Shown here one piece after another: positions 37,160 to 50,000 of a DNA stretch of 64,000 nt. Position 1 is the first letter of the stretch. Every line of letters begins with the position of its first letter. The DNA is from Octopus sinensis (Eukaryota): the NCBI RefSeq assembly GCF_006345805.1, contig NC_043006.1:45384001-45448000 (forward strand), read 5' to 3'. The notes under the pieces are model-generated. The model had not been told where the DNA came from. It saw only the letters and a list, made by a program, of their open reading frames with translations, and ran no database searches. The translations under genes and the position numbers were made by a program.

Positions 37160-37950
37160 CCCAATGGGTCATGGCAGGTACATCTAGTATGTATATATTT
37201 ATGTGTGTGTGTCTTTGTGTCTGTGTTTGACCCACCACCGTCACTTGACAACAGATGTTGGTGTGTTTATATCCTTGCAACTTAACGGTTTGGCAAAAAC
37301 AGATCGATAGAATAAGTACTATGCTTACAAAGAATAAGTCCCGGGGTTGGTTTCTTCAAATAAAACCCTTCAAAACAATGCTCCAGCATGGCCACAGACA
37401 AATGACTGGAACATGTAAAAGGATAAGAGAATAAAAGGATAAAAGAATAAAAGGATAAAAGAGTGTGTGTGGTGATTGAGAAAAAAGTGAAAAAGAGAAA
37501 GAGGGAGAGAGAGAGAGAGGTAAAGAGAGTAAAATAATTATGATATTCTTTCTTTCTTTTATTCTTTTACTAGTTTCAGTCAGTTGACTGTGGCCATGCT
37601 GGAGCACCACCTTTAGTCAAACAACTCGACCCCAGGACTTATTCTTTGTAAGCCTAGTACTTATTCTATCAGCCTCTTTTGCTGAACTGCTAAATTACAG
37701 GAACATAAACACACCAACATCTGTTGTCAAGCGATGATGGTGGGGACAAAGACAGACACAAACATATATATATATATATATATATACGACGGGCTTCTTT
37801 CAGTTTCCGTCTACCAAATCCACTCACAAGGCCTTGGTCAGGCCAAGGCTATAGTAGAAGACACTTGCCCAAGGTGCCACGCAGTGGGACTGAACCTGTA
37901 AACATGTGGTTGGTAAGCAAGCTACTTACCACACAGCCACGCCTGTGCCT
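37160..37950. mobile_element. Tail-to-tail pair of SINE A copies (about 37160-37460 +, about 37555-37950 -)
   Basis: Both copies are recognisable family A and are separated by a GA/CT-rich spacer. Confidence 0.88.
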
Positions 37951-37967
37951 ATATTGAGAAATATAGA

Positions 37968-38200
37968 GGTGGCGAGCTGGCAGAAAGGTTATTGCGCCGG
38001 GCGAAATGCTTAGCGGTATTTCGTCTGTCGTTACGTTCTGAGTTCAAATTCCACCGAGGTCGACTTTACCTTTCATCCTTTCGAGGTCGATAAATAAAGT
38101 ACCAGTTTCGCACTGGGTGTCGATGTAATCGACTTACTCCCTTTGTCTGTCTTTGTTTGTCCCCTCTATGTTTAGCCCCTTGTGGGCAGTAAAGAAAATA
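37968..38200 (+). mobile_element. SINE family B
   Basis: ggtggcgagctggcagaa head; flanked by tattgagaaatata on both sides (near 37952 and 38203). Confidence 0.88.
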
Positions 38201-38385
38201 TATATTGAGAAATATATAACAAATGAAATTAAAATAAATAGGGTGTACACAGAAAAAGACAGAGGGGATGGGTATTAAAAGAAAGAAAGAATGAAAACGA
38301 AAAGAAACCATAATTAAAACGGAAAGTGAGAGAGAAATCTAGAGAGCAACATACTGGTTTGCTTGTATGTTTGCATGTGTGTGTG

Positions 38386-38416
<31 letters not shown>

Positions 38417-39605
38417 ATGCGTGGGCGTGGTGACAATAATCAGGCAAGCTGGCAGGTGTTAGCAGAGAAAACCCACCAAGCCTAAATGTATGTATGAAGA
38501 TAGATAACTGTCCCTGAGCTGATGAAGTGCAGCTTTACAGCCAATAACATTGAATATAATTTTGCTCCCCATAACAGACCGATCTAGCCTTGCTACGGAA
38601 AGCATTACACACACACACACACATACATACATACATACATACACATATTGAACCCATGAACCATTACTAGCTTTTCAAACACATACACACACACACACAC
38701 ACATACATACACATATTGAACCCATGAACCACTACTAGCTTTTCACAAGAACCCACAACCACCTGCACACACACACACACACACTCACACACACTCACTC
38801 ACACACACACACTCACTCACACACACACACACACCAGATTATTTCTTTCAAATTCTGTAATTTTCTTCTGCTTTTCCTCCAACTTGGTAAGAGTCTATAT
38901 GATATAACACCCCTCATGCCTAGGTAAAGAATCACAATCATTGTCATCATCATCAGCAGCAGCAGCACTATCACCACTACCACCACTACCACCACTACCA
39001 TCATCACCACCATCATTATTATCGTCACCAGCACTATATTTAGCATCATCAGCCGAACCAAAGAAGGATCTTATATATGGTCGCTTAATCTGCTAGAAAT
39101 AGCAGCCAAATCTTCAAATAATGCCCCCTTTATCTGAGAATAGGACCCACTGGATAATGAAATCTTAGGTTTCTTGCACATGGAATGGTCATAACTGGAA
39201 TGCTTGCTTTCATCAGTCTTCTTCATCAGGGCTGACCTGGAGTTAAACAACAACAATAAAACAAACTTCACCAAAGACAAACACCATTTATTCTCTCTGA
39301 CACTACACCAGCACCACCACCATACACACAACCACTATAACCCTAATCATAAACATAAAGGACACAGATCCTGTCATCAACTTTATTTTTCCATAAAAAA
39401 TCATCATCATCATCATCATCATCACTTAACATCCACTTTCCATGCTAGCATGGGTTGGATGATTTGACTGAGGTCTGGCGAACCAGATGGCTGCACCAGT
39501 CTCCAATCTTGATCTTAGTTAGTTAGTTAGTTAGTTAGTTAATTTGGCTCAAAAGCAAATAGCAAGGCCATGTAGGGGGACATGGAGTTAAGTACAGGGT
39601 GGTGT

Positions 39606-42479
39606 TCATGTAAAGAGTTCAGGCCACTTGAGGTCCAGGGAGGCTTTGAACAAAGCGGTCGTCGGCATCTTCACCATCTCGTCTGGCAGCTTGTTCCACG
39701 GATCCGCAACCCGGACGGAGAAAGCTCCTCTCCTTCGATTGAGATGAGATCGTTGCAGGTAGAGCTTTTCGGAATTACCCCGCAGCCGACGCTCTGGAGC
39801 AGGAGTGAAGAACAGCTCTTTCGAGAGATTACACTTTCCGCTTATGATGTTGTGGGCGAGAATGAGATCACCACGGCGGCGGCGTTTTTCAAGAGAATAA
39901 AGGTCGAGCGTCCTCAGCCTTTCTTCGTAGGACAAATTTTTGAGACCATGAACCATGCGGGTAGCCAGCTTCTGGACTCTTTCGAGATGCTGTATGTCTT
40001 TGAGGAGATAAGGAGAAGAGGCTTGAATCCCATACTCCAATATGGGTCTCACCAGTGTGACATAGAGTGGTAGGAATATGGCTGCTGTGAGCATTCCGAA
40101 TGACCGTCGAATCAAGAACAGAATTCCGCGTGCTTTGTTGGCAGCATGGATGCACTGGGCTGAAGGCGAAAAGGAGGAATCCACCAAGATACCCAGGTCC
40201 TTTACCTGATCGGTCCTCTCCAGCAGCAGACGACCCGGCTCAAAATCAAGTTGAGATGCAGGAGTAGAGCCGACAGGCAGATGACAGCACTTTGACACGT
40301 TCAGACACAGGTCCCAATCGTTAGACCACTTCCAAATTTGGTGGAGGCATCGACGAAGATCCTCTATATTACCGCGAGGAGTGACCAGTTTGATATCGTT
40401 GGCAAATAGAAGGGTGTGTTGCGTGAGGTCGTCGGGCAAGTCATTTATGAAGACTAAGAACAACAAGGGCCCAAGCACTGAACCTTGAGGCACGCCACTG
40501 CTCGCACTGGAGACGTCGGACCGCGAACCATTAACTTGGACTTGGAAGGAGCGATCTGAGAGGAAGGCACCAACCCATCGTACAATATCCGGATGGAAAC
40601 TATATGCTTGAAGCTTGACCAGTAATAGGCGGTGGTTTACCGAGTCAAAAGCTTTGGCAAAGTCCAATAAAACGATGTCAACAGCATCACTATCATCGAG
40701 GATGCGCATCACCAATTCTTCCATTACTAGTAAGTTGGTCAAGCATGATCTCTTCGGCACGAAGCCGTGTTGGGAATCAGAGATAGAGGCTGTGTTTAGG
40801 AGGTGGAGCATCATACTTTTCTTAAGGATGGTTTCGAACATCTTGCTGATTATTGATGTAAGGGAAACCGGTCGGTAGTTAAGCGGGTCTTCGCGGCTCC
40901 CTTTCTTGAAAATTGGGCAGATTATCACTGTTCTCCAGTCTGCAGGTATAACACCCGTCGCCAATGACATATTGAAAAGTTGTGTTAAGGGCTCGCAGAT
41001 GACCGGAGCCAACGCTTTGATGACCCGTGGGTGTATGCTGTCAGGGCCGTGACCCTTGTTGACATTGAGGCCTTGAATAACACGTTTGACTTCGTCCCGC
41101 GTGATGACCAATCGAAGCATTGGAGGTACCGATCTAACAAATGGAGGGGGTTCACGACCATCATCTTGTTTGAAAATAGTTGAAAAAGCCTCGGCAAATA
41201 ACTGACTCTGTTGATAAGGGTCCTCAATCGATATGCCTGTTGAGTCTACCAACGTTGTAATCTGGTTGTTCAAGCGGGAATTCCGCTGGACATGGGCAAA
41301 GAAGGTTTTTGGATTGCTTCTGGCATTTGCCGCGATTTTGTATTCATAACTGAAGCGTTCTATCTTTTCAATTTTCACGGCTCAGTCTCGTTGAGTTTTG
41401 TACACCTCAAAAGCTGCAGTCGAATCCAGATTTTTGAATTCAGCCCAAGCAATATCTCTGAGTCGACGTTCTCGTTTAACCTTCTTCGTCACCCAGGGCT
41501 TGTGTTTCTTCCTCTTGGGAAGCCCAACGGGAACTGCCTGGTCAGTCAAACAGATTACATATGCTTTGAGGGATGACCATAGTTCGTCAACTGAGGACAA
41601 CATCATCAGGGATCGCCAGTCCAGAAGCGCGGAAGCCTCGGTTAGAATTTCAAGATTAATTGCAGAGAAGACTCTACGTGGCAGCGAAGTAGTCGTGGGC
41701 GTAGAAAAAGTTGTGTGCATGACGAACTTCAGGACCGCATGATCACTCTTGGCAAGAGGGGCGCACACAGATACGTCTGACACTGATCTTGGATAGCGGG
41801 AGAATACCAGATCTAGCATAGATGGCTGCTGCCCAGACCGATGCCTTGTCGGATATTCAACATGTTGCGATAGAAAACAATCTTCAGCCACGTCAAGAAG
41901 GGCCTGGCCGAACCGGGAAGATGTTGTACAAATTGATGCGGGCCAATCGATCGTGGGAGCGTTGAAGTCTCCTAGTACCAAACAGTCATGCGAAGCTGAA
42001 ACGAATCTTATCGCCTCGAGTAAATGAGCATCGTCTTGGGGGTCGGCAAGAGGCGGCCTGTAGACAGCCAGCACGGGCAGGCAAAACTCAGATAGGCTCA
42101 GCTTGCAATAGACGGCATCGAATTTTGTTGTAGGTTGAGCATTAGTGGGTAGAATACCGCTGGACGGTTTGTGCTCAGACTTAACATACACAGCAACACC
42201 CCCACCTCGCCTTTTTCCTCTGTCACATCTGAAAAGGACGTAGCCCTGCAGGTGGATTTCTGAGTCCTTTACTGCTGGAGTCAGCCAAGTCTCGGTGATA
42301 GCTATCACATCAGGGGAGTCACATATGGCCAGTGTAAATAGTTCACTGAACTTTGGGAATAAGGAGCACGAGTTGGTGTAGACGATGCTGAGCTGTGAAG
42401 TCTGAGGGGGCGGGAGTTGGGGAACAAGCAGAATAAGGGGTATCAGAGATAGCATCGTTGACGGGGGTATCAACTTCAC
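39606..42479 (-). pseudogene. LINE ORF2 (APE endonuclease plus reverse transcriptase) with one in-frame stop
   Basis: ORFs 41382..42479 and 39606..41378 are in the same frame, separated by TGA (41384-41382); AITETWL, GDFNAP, SDH, QHGF, DFAKAFD and GVPQGSVLGP motifs present; the catalytic motif reads FAND instead of (F/Y)ADD. Confidence 0.95.
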
Positions 42480-42491
42480 TTCGATTTGCCC

Positions 42492-43044
42492 TTACGTCAC
42501 TTTTCCTGTCAGCACTACAGCATGGGACCAGAGGTAGGACTTGATTATCTGTCCATCTTGGATTCGTAAACCCTTCTCTCCCATTTGTTTCCTCATCTTT
42601 AGCTCGGATATTAGATTTCTCTGGCGAATTCTCTCTCTTAGTGAGTATTCCTCGCGAAAACCCATATTGGGGTCCTCCCAGGCATGCGTCTGAGCTCTGT
42701 TCAGAAAGACTGAAGCCTCCCGATCGGAGGAAAAGATTACCCTTATTGGGCGCGGTCTAGTATCTGAGGTTGGGTTTGCTTGGAACCTTCCTAGCCGAGC
42801 GACCTTATGGACACTGACATTTTCGTTCACAGAGAACAATTCTCCAACTAAAATGGAAACAAAATTAATGTCATCTTTTAGGCGGTTTATGCCTGTATCA
42901 CAGGTGGATTCAGCTTTACCGTAAATTATTGCTGATCTTGAGTGGGCAAAATGTTCTCTACTATGAGCTGCGGTATTCGATTCTTCATTGGAAGATTTCG
43001 AAAGGGTGGTTTCATAGCCATCGGACTTATGTCGGCCTGTGGGG
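42492..43044 (-). pseudogene. LINE ORF1, C-terminal part
   Basis: Open frame ...SAIIYGKAES...RPRPIRVIF...RERIRQRNLISELKMRKQMGEKGLRIQDGQI..., typical of L2/CR1 ORF1. Confidence 0.8.
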
Positions 43045-43125
43045 TGGCAGAGTTTCTACAGCTGGATGCCCTTCCTAACGCCAACCACTCCGAGAGTGTA
43101 GTGGGTAAAAAAAAAACCCTTTTCA

Positions 43126-43474
43126 TGGCGCAGGGATTGGTTGTGTAGTTGAGAAGCTTAGCTTGCAATCACACAGTTTTGGGTCCAGTCCTATTGCACA
43201 GCATCTTAGGCAAGGTCGACTTTGCCTTTTATCCTTCCAAGGTTGATAAATTAAGTACCAGTTGCATACTGGTGTTGATCTGATCGACTGGATCCACCCC
43301 CACCCCCACAAAAAAAAATTCGGGCCTTGTGCCTAGAGTAGAAAAGAACCTTGGGCAAGTGTCTTCTACTATAGCCCCAGGTTGTCCAGTGCCTTGTGAG
43401 TGAATTTGGTACATGGAAACTCTGTGGAAGCCTGTCATACATGTGTATGTGTGTGTATTTGTGTGCATGTGTGC

Positions 43475-43506
<32 letters not shown>

Positions 43507-43965
43507 GTGCTTTTCTTTGTGTTTGTGTTAGTCCCTCTCATTGCTTGGCAACTGGTATTTCTTTACTCTTACTCTTTACTCTTTTACTTGTTTCAGTCAT
43601 TTGACTGCAGCCAGGCTGGAGCACCATCTTTAGTCAAGTAAATCGAACCCAGGACTTATTCTTTGTAAGCCTAGTACTTATTCTATCAGTCTCTTTTGCC
43701 GAAGCGGTAACTTACGGGGACGCAAACACACCACCATCGGTTGCCAAGTGATGTTGGGGGGACAAACACAGACACACAAACATATGCACACACATACATA
43801 TATACTACGGGCTTCTTTCAGTTTCCGTCTACCAAATCCACTCACAAGGCTTTGGTCGGCCTGAGGCTTTAGTAGAAGACACTTGCCCAAGGTGCCATGC
43901 AGTGGGAATGGGCCTGGAACCATGTGGTTGGTAAGCAAGCTATTTACCACACAGCCACTCCTACG
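43126..43965. mobile_element. SINE A (+, about 43126-43558) carrying a nested SINE B (about 43214-43347), followed by a SINE A (-, about 43560-43965)
   Basis: The nested B is flanked by tcttaggcaag / ccttgggcaag; the second A copy is near consensus. Confidence 0.85.
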
Positions 43966-44439
43966 CTTTTGTTTATATCCCTGTAACTAGACTTGGAAAA
44001 TAAGTCCTGGGATCAATTTGTTCAGCTAAAAACCCACTTCAAAGTAATGTTGTAGCATTGTCACAGTGTATTGACTGAAACAAATGAAAAATAAAAAGAT
44101 AAATCTAGTCAGTCCTGATTCAGCTATCATGTAATGTCAAGGCAAAGAGACAGTAGCATACACACACACATACACATACGTTTAGTTTGTTTGGAGCAAA
44201 TGCCCCAGAATGCGCTCCAAAATGCTCCTATGCTTCTTGTTGTTCACTACCACCTGTCAGTATAATCTAATGGAATGGTTGTACAGGTGGAACAACTTTC
44301 AGCTTAGGATAAATATCATAATAATGATAATTAGTTGCAGGTGGAAATTCATAGGCTTCATTAATGCATCATGTTTCCGCATCCCACATGAATATGAAAA
44401 TGAATAGGAAAAACTGAATATGAAAAATTCCTAACTAAT

Positions 44440-44832
44440 GAACTTATATATATTCCACTTTTTCTTGTCCACTTTTTACCTTTCTTCTTCTACTTCCACT
44501 TTTCTCCTTTTGTTGCCACCATTTACACCTACACTGACATTCATATCTTCTCATCATGCCTCACCTCCACTACTTCCTCCAACACCTTCAATCCATTCTT
44601 TGAAAGAACTTTTTCTTCACCCATTCCCTTCCGGTCATTCAATATGTGACCGCATGTGTATCATTCCTCTGTCTTCCCTTCCTTGGATCTTTCCTTTTTC
44701 TATGTTTCTGACAAAGAGCTCCACTTGAAATGTTAAAATCCTCCTTCTTTCTTTGCTTCCTGAGCGTCCAATAACACTATACTTGTTCCACATCCTAGCG
44801 TTGTTGTGTTTTCTCTTTGTGTTTTCATGTTT
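44440..44832 (+). mobile_element. Penelope-like 3' fragment with decayed hammerhead
   Basis: gttt-CTGACAA-agagc-tcc-actt-GAAATGTT-aaaa at 44704-44738, preceded by pyrimidine-rich sequence. Confidence 0.55.
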
Positions 44833-44854
44833 GGATTAACTATATGTATATATA

Positions 44855-45168
44855 TATATATATCACGTGATCATGTGACCGACCAGACCATCAGATGTTG
44901 TTACACATCGCTGGTCACAATGCGTTCACATTGTTTTAGCCTTCGAACGACACCACTCCGCTGGCTAAGCAAGCAGGCCAACAGAAGAAAGAGTGGGAGA
45001 ATGTGTGGTGAAAGAGTACAGCAGGGATCACCATCCCCCGCCGGAGCCTCGTGAAGCTTTTAGGTGTTTTCGTTCAATAAACACACACAACGCCCGGTCT
45101 GGGAATCGAAACCGCAAACCTCCGACCGCGAGTCCGCTGCCCTAACCACTGGGCCATTGCGCCTCCAC
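44855..45168 (-). mobile_element. SINE family D
   Basis: tRNA-like head gtggaggcgcaatggcccagtggttagggc...ggtttcgattccc; body shared with 9095-9240. Confidence 0.88.
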
Positions 45169-45178
45169 AATATATATA

Positions 45179-45641
45179 TCTCTTATTATAAAAGGCAGAT
45201 TTTATCTGCCTCCCTTTGGGAGTTATACAAATCTACAATATAGGATTTCTTCAATTACAATTTACCTAGCATTTTTAAGAGTACAATGCATCGCGTCATG
45301 CCAGGTCCAGTTTTTAAAATTTAAACTCCAATTAAGCAAAATTTACAGAAAACTCACATTCTGGTGTGTGTGTCAAATGCTTTTCTTAGTCTGGTTTACA
45401 CCACACGCAAACGCACACACACAGTGGGCAACGAATAAAATGAAAGTAAATAGCGACAGAGTGATTTGAGGAAGACTAAACTGAAAGTATTCTGTCTATG
45501 ACGCTGATAGATACATGAGTAAAATGTATGGGAAGCTAAGAGCTAAGAGTGAGTGAAAATGTTCTTGGAAGAGAGTAAATAGCGAGAGAGAGAGTGATTT
45601 GAGGAAGACTTTCATTAAATAACCGTAGTGGCTTGTGTTAG
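45179..45641 (+). mobile_element. Probable non-autonomous Helitron
   Basis: A|TC start (tctcttattataaaagg), internal direct repeats, ends TTAG|T with a poor hairpin. Confidence 0.45.
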
Positions 45642-45692
45642 TAATAAAGTAAACATACACTCATACATACATACATACATACATACATACAT

Positions 45693-45723
<31 letters not shown>

Positions 45724-46029
45724 TACACACACATACATACACACACACATACATACATACACACATACATACATACATACATACATATACATACATACAT
45801 ACATATACATACATACATACACACACACACATACACACACACACAGTATTGAAGCTTGAGAACAATCAGATACATTTGCAACACATCTGTTGAAAATATT
45901 ATTGTTCACACACATACATATACATATATACATACATACAGACAGACAGATAGACACACACACACACACACACATGATCCAGCATGGCCACAACCTCAAG
46001 GCTGAAACATATAAAAGAATAACAGAATA

Positions 46030-46395
46030 TAAATGTGTGCAAAGTACAAGAAATATTAATGCAGTATATGGGGATTGGACAATAAGCGTAAGGCAGTGTC
46101 AATGGTGGTTCCAGAAATCCCGAGCCATAAACTACAGCCTAGAAGACGAGCCTCATCCTGAAAGATCTGTAGAACTCGACAAGGACATCCTGAAAACCCT
46201 GGTGGAACAAAATCTCATCGTAACTGTTGAGGAACTAGCAGAGAAGCTTGGATTTGGTCATTCAACCATTCATTGAGACCTGTGTGCTATCGGAAAAGTC
46301 AGCAAATTGGGTCAATGGGTTCCTCACGAACTTTCCGAGTCTAATTGCATGCAGAGAGTGAATGTATGCTTTTCTTTGCTGTCACATCTCACCAC
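46030..46395 (+). pseudogene. mariner transposase fragment (HTH region to WVPHEL)
   Basis: TRNINAVYG...QWWFQK...LEDEPHPERS...VTVEELAEKLG...KLGQWVPHELS. Confidence 0.85.
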
Positions 46396-46411
46396 TACTG
46401 CGCTATGTATA

Positions 46412-47047
46412 TCTATATATATAAAACTGTAGTTGTGTGAGTGTCTGTCCCCTTCGATTTAGATTCCTAACTACTCCCACATTTTGCGGTGCAGTTTAAC
46501 CAAATTCGGGTAGCTTATAGTCGTGATTCATATCGAGCCCGTCTGAATATTAGCGCGCGTCTACGATGAGTCTACGATTTTAAAAATAATTTAACATCAT
46601 TTTTTATTCCATTTTAATGCATAATTTTTCGTGTGTCGATGGCGGCGGAGTTGGCGTCCACGCTCACACCTGCACCTGTGGGGAAGGGAGTGTAAGGAAA
46701 TCAACGTCGTAATGCGTTGTCAAGGAGACCAGTGTTCTTTTAGAACAACGACTTCATGGCTTGAAGACACCAAAACAGAAATGACTAAGAAAGCGTCTAC
46801 ATGAGTCTACGATTTAAAAAAAAATTTACCATCGTTTTTTTTCCATTTTAATGCATTTTTTCGCTATTATATAAGGGAAGTAACTCTCTAAAAATGTCTA
46901 CGATGAGTCAACGATTTAAAAAAAAATTTACCATCATATTTTTTCCATTTTAATGCATTTTTTGCTATTTTTTTGCTATAACTCTCTAAAAATGCTTATA
47001 TAGTTATTTCCCTTACAAACCCGAGCAACGCCGGGCGATACTGCTAG
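46412..47047 (+). mobile_element. Non-autonomous Helitron
   Basis: A|TCtatatatataaaa start, CTAG|T end, subterminal hairpin cccg-agcaacgc-cggg (47020-47035), three internal gtctac...tttaatgc repeats. Confidence 0.88.
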
Positions 47048-47837
47048 TATAATATAAATAAAATATAAATATATGCATATATACATACATATATGGACAT
47101 ACCTACATATATATGTATATATACATGCATATATGGGCACTGGACATCAAAAAAACGTTGAACGCAATGAGAAACAAAAACAGAAAAACAAAAACATAGA
47201 AACAAACTTTTTTTCGAACAACGAAAAGAACAGAGAAACGAGACATACAACATAAAGAATATTCCCCTTCTTCAGTTGTCCCTGTTTCATCTACTCCACA
47301 TTTCGAAGGCAAGGACAAGACACGACTTTGTTGAAACAGTCCTTCCCGCAAAGCAAATTAAATAAAATTTGGAATTTTTTGCGGAGGGTGAAAGTGGTAA
47401 CAAGAACAGGACAGTGAGAACAAAACAGTAAAAAGAACAGGACAGTGAGAACATAACAGTAAAAACAAACGGTGAGGGCTGTTAAGCCAAGATGATAGAC
47501 AAATTATGAATGCTAGGAAGACGAGCTTATGAAGGAGACAGTATAAGCACGTTTTGCCTTTTTGAAGGTTGTAGGCAAAAAGACAGATTATCTTTCATCA
47601 TGTGTCAGCGACGAGAGTCGAGGAGGAGGAGTGAGAGAGAGGAACGGTGAAGAGGAGAGGAGAATAATAGGGAAGGGAGGGAGAGAAAACCAGAAAGGAC
47701 GAAGAACAAGAGAGGGAAAGAGATAGACAGAGAAGAGATAGTAAAGATAGAAGAGTGCGCATTGTAGTTATTAAGATAAAACTTACTTGGAAAAGGATGC
47801 ATGGCGTTTGATCATATGATGATATAAATAAAATATA

Positions 47838-47910
<73 letters not shown>

Positions 47911-48487
47911 GTGTGTGTGTGTGTACAATGGGCTTCCAATCAGATAGGCAATTTCTGGCTACCAAATTTACTCAGAAGGCATTGGTCAGACCAAGGCTAT
48001 AATAGAAGACATCTGCCCATAATGTCGCACAGTAGGACTGAACCTGAAACCATGTGGTTACAAAGCAAGTTTCTTAACTACACAGCCATGCCTGCACCTA
48101 AGTTGCTGAGTGAAGGACTACTTACCAATTAGACATCTTTTTGCTCTTTACCATCTGAGATACATCTATGTTAAAAGTGAGTGCACTGTTTCAAAAGTGT
48201 GAGCGATACTACAGTTGTGGGTTCATTTGGTGCTTTGTTCAGAGTTAGCAGCTGCTTATGACTAGTTTCAAACATTTTCAGGTTCAGAAAAAGCAATCCA
48301 GCCTTTGTAATGTAATATTATCTATGTGAAGAATATGTGGTCATTGCATGTTCAACGAGTAGAAATCTTTGAACTTAAAAGTTATTATTGAGAAGAAAGA
48401 ATGAAATGCGATATGGTCTTATGTCTTTGAAGTAAGTAATATTTAACTTTTGGATGTTTTAAAAAAGTTGCTGTATTATCAAAGTAC

Positions 48488-48529
48488 CTCCAAAAAGATG
48501 TGGCGAAGATAGAAGAAAATGATGAATGT
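48488..48529 (-). CDS. Candidate 42-nt exon, phase-1 reading (D)IHHFLLSSPHLFG
   Basis: gtctattgtctcaacag acceptor, GAG|GTACTT donor; all three frames are open. Confidence 0.2.
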
Positions 48530-49197
48530 CTGTTGAGACAATAGACATAGGTTAGTAGAGATAGTAAAGTGGACAGAGAGCATTACAATATTTAGTTAAG
48601 TTAGTGTCAATGTATTTTTAATGTAGAATAGATGCAGGTGTGGCAGTGTGGTTAACAAGTTTGTTTCCCAACTATATGGCCTTCGGTTCAATCCCACAGC
48701 GCAGTACATACCTTGGGCAAGTGTCTTCTGCTATAGCCCAAGGCTGATCAGACTCTGCTAAATGGATTTGGTAGATGGAAGCTGAAAAAAAAAACTGCTG
48801 TAGAGAGTGTGTTTCTATGTGTAAGTGTTTGAGTGTAAAATAAAATAAAAAGTTTTTTCAGTTTAAATACAAATTATCTTTGTTGATAAGATTTTATTTT
48901 TCCCATTTTTGTAAGCTTTTTAAAAATTTTATTCTTCTTATCTATTTGTTGTTTTTGTTTGTTTTTTCAATATCTTATTTTTTGTCTCTTTTTTACCTTT
49001 TTCTTTTTCTTTTTCCTTTCTTTCAAAAATCATAGCTCAGTACTACTAAACAACAATGTCCAAAGTACTAGTGGCTGAGTTGCTCTGAGAGTCTGGAGAT
49101 CAAGTAATGATTTGTAAATGAGCATCATTGTCATACAAGCAAAGTTGTTTGCTTCTAGCATGTCTGGTCACAGGGAAATAAAAATGGTATATATTAA

Positions 49198-49690
49198 TAA
49201 GATGACAACATAGAGGAAGAGAGTAAAAGAATACCTTACTCTATCTACCTCTCTTTTTATTTATTGTCTTTTCTTTACTTTTACTGATTAATAGCCACCT
49301 CCGCTACCATTCTGTTATTGAACGTTGATATATTCGTGTCTTTTTCTTGGGATGTCTACAATATCAAGACTTTAACCCACATGGATCTACACAGGATTGC
49401 ACCTAAGGACTCTTGCTCTGGTTTCTGTAACTTTGGAAAACTGAACAATGAACTTTTATGCTTCTTTTTACTTCTCTCTTTCCACCTCCTTATTCTTTAA
49501 CACCTTTCCTCTATGTTGTCATCTTAATACATACCATTCTCATTTTCCTTATATTTTTTCCCCTATTTGTCTCTGATCCCATTCTCAGGAATATCCCAGA
49601 AACAGCTGTAAGATTTTGAATTTCTTCCTATAATAATATTGTATATGACTTGAGATGTTTGCCTTGCCTTAATGTTTGATGTCCTGTTTA
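49198..49690 (+). mobile_element. Penelope-like fragment with inverted 5' segment and partial hammerhead
   Basis: 21-bp perfect inverted match 49198-49218 / 49506-49526; tct-CTGAT...GAAACAGCTGTA-aga at 49570-49613. Confidence 0.55.
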
Positions 49691-49715
49691 ACAATTATAA
49701 ACATATACATATATA

Positions 49716-50000
49716 TAGGGAGAATTCACATAAAAACAAAAAATGAAGACAGGTGGTGTAGACAGATGTATTAGTTTAATGCTCGGGAAGTGAAAAAGTC
49801 TTTAAAGTTTCAAGCCTACGCTCTTCCACAGAAAGAAACAGAAAGAAACAGGGAGAGAAAATTAAAGAATGTGTAGTGGCTAACGATCTATCATGGCGAA
49901 TGCTGGACAGAAGGGTCACACAGGAGAGCTAGGAAGGGGAGATAATAAAGTAGTGGTGATCCCAAAATGAAGGTGTGCGTGCTTGTGTATAAGACAATAT
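49716..50000 (-). mobile_element. Penelope-like terminal fragment (second copy of 4632-4900)
   Basis: cttt-CTGTGGA-agagc-gtag-gctt-GAAAC-tttaaag at 49835-49800. Confidence 0.6.

Larger units (their letters stand above)
39516..43044 (-). mobile_element. Near-full-length CR1/L2-group LINE, 5'-truncated in ORF1, (TAAC)n tail
   Basis: ORF1 fragment, APE plus RT ORF2, short 3' UTR, (ttag)n tail at 39516-39540; no TSD seen. Confidence 0.95.
39410..43105 (-). mobile_element. SINE family E split by a LINE insertion
   Basis: 39410-39515 (...gatct) and 43045-43105 (tggcagagtttctacagc...) rejoin to the family E body. Confidence 0.88.

Noticed and set aside
39582-41742. Plus-strand ORFs 39582..40073, 40615..40878, 41292..41576 and 41398..41742
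   Set aside because: Antisense shadows of the LINE ORF2
47255-47310. Permuted hammerhead (GAAA upstream of CTGAAGA on the minus strand)
   Set aside because: No stem I or III can be formed between the motifs; probably a decayed Penelope-like end
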